The translations under genes and the position numbers were made by a program. Under the pieces are notes generated by a model. That model was not told where the DNA came from and did no database searches. It worked only from the letters and a program-made list of their open reading frames with translations. Source: Spirochaetia bacterium (GTDB taxonomy: Bacteria; Spirochaetota; Spirochaetia; CADAEX01). From it: a stretch of 64,000 bases of DNA. How positions within the stretch are numbered: the first letter of the stretch is position 1; each line of letters starts with the position of its first letter. The stretch is taken from assembly GCA_963662795.1 (NCBI GenBank), contig OY759746.1, positions 3,072,001 to 3,136,000 of the forward strand. Reading direction: 5' to 3'. Of this stretch, positions 57,720 to 64,000 are shown one piece after another.

Positions 57720-57748
57720 TTGACAACCGGTATTGTCCATCATATTCT
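57720..57748 (+). promoter_or_regulatory. Sigma-70 promoter of the small OMP-like gene
   Basis: TTGACA (57720-25), 17-bp spacer, TATTCT (57743-48), then GGAGG and ATG 57774. Confidence 0.7.
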
Positions 57749-57773
57749 GGAATTGTATCAGATGGAGGATAAT

Positions 57774-58250
57774 ATGAAATATATTGCTTTGTGTTTTGTT
57801 TTATTTTTCTCTGTTTTTCCGCTTTCCGCAATGGATTATGGTCTTCAGATGTCAAGTGATTCAACTTTCGGTATTATTGTATATGCCGATACCTTCGAGG
57901 TGTCTGTAAAGGGTCAGGCCATGCTGCATGACTCTGATGCTCCTGAATCCGATGACACGCTGATCCTCGGAGCTCACGCAGGTTACCTGATAAATCTGGG
58001 GAATGAAAAAAGCTCTGTAAGCATCGGGTTTGACGGCAGGGTTGGCTTAAGCCTCGGCGATGTTACATACGAGCAGTATATTGATGCCGGTCCCAGGCTG
58101 GCTTTAAATCATCGCTTGAATGAACACTTTATGGTATCAGGCATTGTTTTCCCTTTCTGGCTGCAGGTGAGGGAAACAGATGCGGCTGACAGCTTTAATC
58201 TCACAGCCACAATACCTTCAGCGGCAGTGTCGGCCGCGTTTTTCTTTTAA
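57774..58250 (+). CDS. Secreted protein, probable small outer-membrane beta-barrel
   Basis: Sec signal peptide MKYIALCFVLFFSVFPLSA; alternating amphipathic strands; C-terminal Phe (AVSAAFFF). Confidence 0.65.
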   Translation: MKYIALCFVLFFSVFPLSAMDYGLQMSSDSTFGIIVYADTFEVSVKGQAMLHDSDAPESDDTLILGAHAGYLINLGNEKSSVSIGFDGRVGLSLGDVTYEQYIDAGPRLALNHRLNEHFMVSGIVFPFWLQVRETDAADSFNLTATIPSAAVSAAFFF

Positions 58251-58364
58251 TAAAAATATAATCGAGAAAATGTTTCAGTTATATTATTCAAGCTGAATGT
58301 TTTATTGGAAGACTTATTCCCACGATATTTATTCCGGTAATCCAGCTGTTCCCTGTCGAGGCAC

Positions 58365-58880
58365 TCAGGGTATTTCAAGATGCGCAGGATCATCTTTACT
58401 TTGTGTCACTTTCCATCCGAGGTTTTCAGCGTCAGTAAGATCGGCAGCTATCTTTTCAATCGGGAGTTTCATGTAGCGCCCTTTGGCCGTAATTGCAATG
58501 CTCCCGTCGGGAAGGATAATCTCTCCGGTCCCTTCAAAGAAACGGCTGTTTTCAGATACAATCCGTCCGACTGCTGTAAGTTCAACCCCCAGGGGTATGG
58601 GTTTTCTGTATTTAAGTGATATATCGACAGTAACTCCCCATACGGTTTTTCCTGAAGGGACTGCGATTGCCCGTCCGATTGTTTCATCAAGGATTGAGGC
58701 TGCAATCCCTCCGTGAAGCCTCCCCGGGTATCCCTGATGCTCGTCCCTTGCCGTGAATCTGGCTGCAAGCTCCCCGTTTTCAAGTGAGTAAAATGAGGTT
58801 TTTAATCCCAATGCATTTTCGAGTCCGCAGATAAAGCACATTCTCGAGTTTTCCTGTTTTCCGGTTACAACGTGTTTCAT
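58365..58880 (-). CDS. PaaI-family hotdog thioesterase
   Basis: Motifs CFICGLENALGL, HQGYPGRLHGGIAASILDE and LKYRKPIP. Confidence 0.9.
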   Translation of the reverse strand: MKHVVTGKQENSRMCFICGLENALGLKTSFYSLENGELAARFTARDEHQGYPGRLHGGIAASILDETIGRAIAVPSGKTVWGVTVDISLKYRKPIPLGVELTAVGRIVSENSRFFEGTGEIILPDGSIAITAKGRYMKLPIEKIAADLTDAENLGWKVTQSKDDPAHLEIP

Positions 58881-59022
58881 GATTTTATTCTACTAAAAAC
58901 TTCTGTAAAACAAAAGAATATATTTATGTAAAACTTGTGTAAATTGTACCTCAAAACAGATTCAGATATTTGATTTCCCCAATGGCAGGGATTAGGTTTA
59001 TTGGTGAGGCAATTAATTAAAA

Positions 59023-60510
59023 ATGAAAATACTGCTTATCTATCCTGAATTTCCTGAAACTTTCTGGAGTTTTACCCGGGCTTTGAAGTTTGTATCCAAG
59101 AAATCCGCTATTCCCCCTCTTGGGCTGCTCACAGTCGCGTCAATGCTCCCTGATGACTGGGAGCTCTCTCTCATCGATATGAACGTTAATCACCTGAAAA
59201 AAAAATCTCTTGAAGGTGTTGATTATGTATTTATAAGCGCAATGTCTGTCCAGAGACAGTCAGCACTTGATATAATTGAAATCTGCATCAGGGAAGGGGT
59301 AAAAGTTGTTGCCGGAGGCCCTCTTTTTACAACCAGCTACATGGAATTCCCGGGTGTTGACCATTTTGTCCTTAATGAAGCTGAAATTACACTGCCGGAA
59401 TTTCTCTTTGATCTCGCAAATGGAACTCCGCGGCATCTTTATAAGAGCGGAAGCTGGGCTGATGTCACAAAAACACCGTCACCTGACTTAAAGCTGCTTA
59501 AGATAAAAAAATATGCTTCCATGTCTCTTCAATATTCACGCGGATGTCCCTTTAACTGTGATTTTTGCGATATTACCCTTCTTTACGGCAGAAAAGTCCG
59601 GATTAAAAAGACTGAACAGGTGATCAGGGAGCTTGAAAATCTTTATCATCTCGGCTGGCGGGAGAATGTTTTTTTTGTTGATGACAACTTTATAGGCAAC
59701 AGGCAGATTCTAAAAAATGAAGCTCTTCCTGCAATAGCAGGATGGATGAAAAAGAGGAAATACCCTTTTTCATTCAATACACAGGCCTCCATCAATATTG
59801 CGGATGATGATGAACTGATGAGGCTGATGGTTGATGCCGGTTTTGAGAAGGTTTTTATAGGAATTGAGACACCCAATGAAGAGAGCCTTATTGAATGTTC
59901 CAAAATGCAGAATAAAGGGCGGGACATGGTGTCCTGTATTAAAAAAATACAGCGCTCCGGTATGGAGGTCCAGGGGGGATTTATCGTCGGGTTTGACAGC
60001 GATCCTAAAACTATCTTTGATGACCAGATAAGGTTTATACAGAAAAGCGGAATAGTTACCGCAATGGTGGGGCTGCTTGAAGCTCTTAAGGGAACAGATC
60101 TTTATAAGAGGCTTGACAGGGAAAACCGGCTTTTAGGTGAAGAGACAGGGGACAATACTGACTGCTCTATTAATTTTATACCTAAAATGGATTTAAACGA
60201 GCTTGTGGAAGGATATAAAAGGATTGTTTCTAGTATATATTCTCCTAAATACTATTACTACCGGATCAGGGATTTTCTTAAAGAGTATAATCCCCCAAGA
60301 AAGAAGTTTTTCAGGTTTAAGCCTGTTCATTTTTTGACAATATTTAAAACAACATTTTACCTGGGCGTAATAGGAAAAGAGAGGCTTTATTACTGGAAAC
60401 TGATGCTGTGGACTATATTCAGACATCCCGGCTATTTTCCTCTTGCCACAACCCTGGCAATCTACGGATTTCATCACAGAAAGATATCAGAGCTGTATAT
60501 AGCCGGATAA
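59023..60510 (+). CDS. Cobalamin-binding radical SAM protein (DUF4070/HpnP-like family)
   Basis: N-terminal B12-binding domain (PPLGLLTVA, VAGGP); CxxxCxxC cluster motif RGCPFNCDFC; FVDDNFIG; GGFIVGFDSD. Confidence 0.9.
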   Translation: MKILLIYPEFPETFWSFTRALKFVSKKSAIPPLGLLTVASMLPDDWELSLIDMNVNHLKKKSLEGVDYVFISAMSVQRQSALDIIEICIREGVKVVAGGPLFTTSYMEFPGVDHFVLNEAEITLPEFLFDLANGTPRHLYKSGSWADVTKTPSPDLKLLKIKKYASMSLQYSRGCPFNCDFCDITLLYGRKVRIKKTEQVIRELENLYHLGWRENVFFVDDNFIGNRQILKNEALPAIAGWMKKRKYPFSFNTQASINIADDDELMRLMVDAGFEKVFIGIETPNEESLIECSKMQNKGRDMVSCIKKIQRSGMEVQGGFIVGFDSDPKTIFDDQIRFIQKSGIVTAMVGLLEALKGTDLYKRLDRENRLLGEETGDNTDCSINFIPKMDLNELVEGYKRIVSSIYSPKYYYYRIRDFLKEYNPPRKKFFRFKPVHFLTIFKTTFYLGVIGKERLYYWKLMLWTIFRHPGYFPLATTLAIYGFHHRKISELYIAG

Positions 60511-60608
60511 AAATTCGACATGTGATTGAGGATTTCCTCCCCCTTTTTGAAATATAAAAAATATTGTTAATACCTCATGAAAAATATATCGATAATTACA
60601 TATAAAAA

Positions 60609-60666
60609 GCTCCATATATAGCGTAAAAAGCTTGTAAGACTGGTGAATATACGCTATATTTATTTT
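60609..60666 (+). promoter_or_regulatory. Tandem NrdR boxes overlapping the nrdJ sigma-70 promoter
   Basis: GCTCCATATATAGCGT (60609-24) and ACGCTATATTTATTTT (60651-66) resemble the consensus acaCwAtATaTwGtgt and start 42 bp apart. Promoter is TTGTAA (60632-37), 17-bp spacer, TATATT (60655-60). Confidence 0.72.
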
Positions 60667-60688
60667 CTGCGAAAAATGGGAGGGAAAA

Positions 60689-62953
60689 ATGGGCAGTATA
60701 ATATGGGAACAAAAGATAAGCGGTGAAATATTTAAATCAAAATATATGCTTCAGGGCGAGTCATCTCCTGAAGAGGTTTTTAAAGGGATTGCACAGGAAA
60801 TAGCTTCTGCGGAGAAGCCTGAGAAGAGGGCTAAAATTGAAAAACTATTCCATGATCAGATGATAAGCGGAAAACTTATTCCGGCAGGGAGAATTCTCGC
60901 AAATGCCAGGCCGGACAGCCCCATGAAGAACTACAACAACTGTTTTACAATAGATGTCGAGGATTCTATGATCAGCATTTACGATTCCCTGAAAGAGGAT
61001 GCGCTGATAAGCAAGATGGGAGGCGGAGTCGGTTTTGACATTTCAAAATTAAGGCCCAAGGGGGAAAGGCTTTCAGGAGGAGGGCAGTCATCCGGTGTTG
61101 TCTCATTTCTTCGGATTTTTGACCAGTCTGCAAAGACAATCGTAACTGGAGGGCAGAGAAGGTCTGCCCACATTGCGCTTCTTGATGTTTCCCATCCTGA
61201 TATCGAAGAGTTTATAACGGCAAAGCAGGGCGACAGGAACAAGGAATTAACGCAGTTTAACATTTCAGTAAAGATATCTGATGATTTTATTAAAGCGGTT
61301 GAGGAGGGCAAAGACTGGGACCTTCTCTTTGGCGGAAGGGTTTATAAGACAGTGAAGGCAGAATACCTTTATAACCTGCTTGCCAAAAATGCGTTTATCC
61401 ACAACGAGCCCGGCATATTCAACAAGGATCATGTCGAAAAATACAATAACGGATACTGGGCTTTCAAAATGGACCGGGTTAACCCCTGCGGCGAGCTTGT
61501 AATGCCGCCCTATTCGCTCTGCTGCCTTTCTGCGGTAAATCTTTCAAAGTTTGTAGAATATCCGTTTACAGACAGGGCTGAATTCGATTTTGCAGGATTC
61601 AGGGAGACAGTCGCCGCCGGTATAAGGTTTCTCGACAATGTGCTTGACAAAACTGAATACCCGCTTGAAAAAATTGAGGTATTCTCCAAACAGTGGCGGC
61701 GGATCGGGCTCGGATTTACCGCGCTCGGCGATGTGTTTGCCATGATGAAGATGAAATACGGCGATGAAGACTCCCTTAAACTTGCCGGTGAAATTGCCGG
61801 AACAATGCGGGATACTTCCTATATTGCCAGTGCGCAGCTCGCCGAAGAGAAAGGGCCATTTCCCGCATGTGACATCAGGAAGCTGCTTGAAGCCTCATTT
61901 ATCAAAGAACTTCCCGATAATATAAGGGATAAAATAAGTATATCAGGGCTACGTAATATCCAGCTTAATACTGTTGCGCCGACCGGTACCACATCGCTGT
62001 CAGTCGGGCAGAACTGCTCATCCGGCATAGAACCGATTTTTGCCCTTCAGTACGACAGGAATATCAGAACAGGGGTTGAAAATGAAACAAGAACAGAGAC
62101 TGTATATGATTATGCATGGCTGAAATATCTCGAAATTGCAAAAACGGAAGGATTAAAAAGCGAAGGGAAAGTAACTGCACCGGATTATTTTGTTACAACC
62201 ATGGATATAGACCCTGTAAAATCAATTGATATACAGGCTGTTATACAAAAGTATATTGACCACAGCATTTCTAAAACTCTTAATCTTCCTCCGGGGACCA
62301 CATTTGAAACATACAAGAACCTGTTTATGTATGCATATAAAAAAGGTCTTAAAGGTTTTACAAGCTTCAACCCGGACGGCAGCATGAAGGGGATTCTCGA
62401 ATACAGCGGAAGCAGTCAGACAATCAAGAGAATTCTTGCTCCAAAAAGGCCGCAGGACCTTCCCTGCGATATTCACCAGATTAATATAAAAGGAAAAAAA
62501 TATATAGTTGTAACTGGAATTCTTAACGGCAGCCTTTATGAAATATTTGTAATTGATGATCCTGATGATCATATTGATCTAAGAAAATACGCTCACGGCA
62601 TTGTCCGCAAGGCAGGGTCCGGCGTTTATAACCTTATAGTTGAATCAGGACCGGTTGAAGCTGTTTTAAAGAATTTTACAAGAACTTTTGATTCGCCTAA
62701 TGCATCACTCGCAAGGTTTATTTCCATGGCCCTGAGGCACGGAACACCGCTTCAGTTTATTGTTGACCAGCTTTCAAAAGACACAAATTTTCAGGATTTT
62801 GAGCGGGTTATCTCACGTGTCCTTAAAAAGTATATTGTCGACGGCGAAGAGGTAATTACCGGAAGTAAGAAATGCGATGACTGCGGAGGAGCCCTTGTCT
62901 TCAGGGACGGATGTGTAACCTGCTCTGAATGCGGCTGGAGCAAATGTACGTAA
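60689..62953 (+). CDS. nrdJ: Adenosylcobalamin-dependent (class II) ribonucleotide reductase
   Basis: Motifs PAGRILANA, NCF, GGGVG, NPCGE, RRIGLG, APTGT, SSGIEP and ISKTLN. C-terminal TSCPD-like domain and Cys ribbon CDDC...CSECGWSKC. No ATP cone and no nrdB neighbour. Confidence 0.93.
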   Translation: MGSIIWEQKISGEIFKSKYMLQGESSPEEVFKGIAQEIASAEKPEKRAKIEKLFHDQMISGKLIPAGRILANARPDSPMKNYNNCFTIDVEDSMISIYDSLKEDALISKMGGGVGFDISKLRPKGERLSGGGQSSGVVSFLRIFDQSAKTIVTGGQRRSAHIALLDVSHPDIEEFITAKQGDRNKELTQFNISVKISDDFIKAVEEGKDWDLLFGGRVYKTVKAEYLYNLLAKNAFIHNEPGIFNKDHVEKYNNGYWAFKMDRVNPCGELVMPPYSLCCLSAVNLSKFVEYPFTDRAEFDFAGFRETVAAGIRFLDNVLDKTEYPLEKIEVFSKQWRRIGLGFTALGDVFAMMKMKYGDEDSLKLAGEIAGTMRDTSYIASAQLAEEKGPFPACDIRKLLEASFIKELPDNIRDKISISGLRNIQLNTVAPTGTTSLSVGQNCSSGIEPIFALQYDRNIRTGVENETRTETVYDYAWLKYLEIAKTEGLKSEGKVTAPDYFVTTMDIDPVKSIDIQAVIQKYIDHSISKTLNLPPGTTFETYKNLFMYAYKKGLKGFTSFNPDGSMKGILEYSGSSQTIKRILAPKRPQDLPCDIHQINIKGKKYIVVTGILNGSLYEIFVIDDPDDHIDLRKYAHGIVRKAGSGVYNLIVESGPVEAVLKNFTRTFDSPNASLARFISMALRHGTPLQFIVDQLSKDTNFQDFERVISRVLKKYIVDGEEVITGSKKCDDCGGALVFRDGCVTCSECGWSKCT

Positions 62954-63057
62954 TATTTATAATATTATACTATTTTAATATGATTTTTAACTGAAATATA
63001 TGTACATTTTAAAGGTAATATGGCAATATAAGATTATAAAACTATAGGAGAAATAGG

Positions 63058-63792
63058 ATGTTTAAGAGAATAATTGTTGTTCTTGCTGTGCTTGCTTTGA
63101 TCATATCATGCTCAGGCGGTAAAAACGAAGAAATGACTCCGGGAAAAGGCCTTTCCCTTGGACTTGGAAATGCTCCGATTTTCCGCGTAGGCCCTGGAAA
63201 GGATTCTGCAGGAACACAGGTTTACAGCTTTACCTATGTACAGGCTGCGGTAGTATTTGATGCTGACGGAAAAATAGCTGATCTTGAGATTGATGAACTT
63301 GAAGTAAGCACCCCGAACTATGACGGCGCTTCAATGCCGCATTTTTCAGGCTGGCCCGGGAGTCCTGAACCCAATTTTACTAATCATGAGACAGAAAAGG
63401 TTGACGGAAAAGCACCCACTACAGTTGAGGCAATTTCCGCTGAAGTTGAAGACTGGAAAACAAAGAGAGACCGTGGCGATTCATACGGCATGAATAAAAC
63501 CAGCGACTGGTGGAAACAGATGGACGGCTGGGAGAAACAGTTTATTGGTAAAACTGTTGATGAGGCTGAAGCATTCTATGCCAAATATACAAATGATAAA
63601 AACGGCAGACCGCTGAATGCTGAATCCAAAGATGCTGCTGAAAAGGCAAAATACGATGCATTAAGCGATGCGGACAAGAAGATAGTTGCCGATGTAAGAT
63701 CAGGCGCTACAATGAGCATCAATGATGCACACGGATATGTTCTTAAAGCTATCAGGGATGCATGGAACAAGAAAAAAGCTATCGGCGGCTGA
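63058..63792 (+). CDS. FMN-binding (flavinylated) lipoprotein
   Basis: Lipobox LIISC after a hydrophobic stretch; W..QMD..E motif; flavinylation motif DVRSGAT. Confidence 0.8.
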   Translation: MFKRIIVVLAVLALIISCSGGKNEEMTPGKGLSLGLGNAPIFRVGPGKDSAGTQVYSFTYVQAAVVFDADGKIADLEIDELEVSTPNYDGASMPHFSGWPGSPEPNFTNHETEKVDGKAPTTVEAISAEVEDWKTKRDRGDSYGMNKTSDWWKQMDGWEKQFIGKTVDEAEAFYAKYTNDKNGRPLNAESKDAAEKAKYDALSDADKKIVADVRSGATMSINDAHGYVLKAIRDAWNKKKAIGG

Positions 63793-63815
63793 TAAAATAA
63801 CTGCCTGATTAAAAC

Positions 63816-63849
63816 AAGGGGGGACCATCAGATTGGATCCCCCTTTTTT
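63816..63849 (+). terminator. Rho-independent terminator
   Basis: AAGGGGGGACCA-tcagat-TGGATCCCCCTTTTTT: a GC-rich stem followed by a U tract, just downstream of the FMN-lipoprotein stop. Confidence 0.8.
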
Positions 63850-63870
63850 AATACCGTCATTTTTTTAAGA

Positions 63871-63913
63871 TTGACGAACAGGGAAAATATTGAGATATTA
63901 ATGTCATACATTA
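63871..63913 (+). promoter_or_regulatory. Sigma-70 promoter with a palindromic operator near +1
   Basis: TTGACG (63871-76), 17-bp spacer, GATATT with an extended TG. Palindrome TAATGT-CAT-ACATTA at 63899-63913. Confidence 0.5.
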
Positions 63914-63930
63914 TATAAGGAGAACAAAAA

Positions 63931-64000
63931 TTGTTTGAAAAATCAGATTTTTTATCACAATCCAGAGCGGTTAATGAAAGAAGTCTTGTAAGAAATATAT
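63931..64000 (+). CDS. 5' end of a gene running off the window (possibly Bax inhibitor-1/YccA family)
   Basis: AAGGAG SD, TTG start, open frame MFEKSDFLSQSRAVNERSLVRNI. The family guess rests only on ERSLVRNI and is weak. Confidence 0.45.
   Translation, partial: MFEKSDFLSQSRAVNERSLVRNI

Noticed and set aside
58881-60688. Cobalamin riboswitch upstream of the radical SAM gene or nrdJ
   Set aside because: The intergenic gaps are short and AT-rich, with no B12-box (GGGAA...GCCACTG). An Infernal/Rfam scan would settle it.
60689-62953. Intein or intron in nrdJ
   Set aside because: The length is normal, the motifs are contiguous around NPCGE, and there are no intein or homing endonuclease motifs.
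1-64000. CRISPR arrays, rRNA/tRNA genes, IS elements
   Set aside because: Coding density is very high, every gap is under about 180 bp, and I saw no repeat-spacer pattern, cloverleaf or transposase motif.

Overview
This window is chromosomal core DNA from a spirochete (Spirochaetales; Treponema/Spirochaeta-like, based on FlbB, FlgE, FliY, the lipoboxes and gene order). Bases 1-42172 are one uninterrupted + strand super-cluster. It runs: cell division (mraY-ftsW-ftsQ-ftsA-ftsZ), then xerD, a TPR lipoprotein, dprA, topA, xerC and hslVU, then the periplasmic-flagellum cluster (flgBC-fliEFGHIJ-flbB-fliK-flgDE-flbD-motAB-fliLMYOPQR-flhBAFG). It ends in a poorly characterised tail: membrane protein, fliA, Jag-FapA, small protein, SwrB-like protein, orphan CheA. 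Bases 42189-64000 are a mosaic of metabolic and signalling genes: murE, queD, a metallophosphoesterase, an MCP, an MBL/cNMP-binding protein, an acyl-CoA synthetase, an ABC-F, a Zn-ribbon SDR, leuCD, EamA, a small beta-barrel OMP, a PaaI thioesterase, a B12 radical SAM enzyme, class II RNR nrdJ with paired NrdR boxes, and an FMN-binding lipoprotein. I found no CRISPR array, rRNA/tRNA, IS element, prophage or defence island. I cannot establish a wholly new system. The best candidates for undescribed biology are the fliA-to-orphan-CheA tail module, a conserved FlgE lysinoalanine cross-link signature, a possible Prp-type cleavage motif in FlhB, a switchable hairpin at fliG/fliH, a set of leaderless genes, and the ABC-F/Tyr-less Zn-SDR pair. 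All family calls come from motif recognition by eye; no database searches were run.
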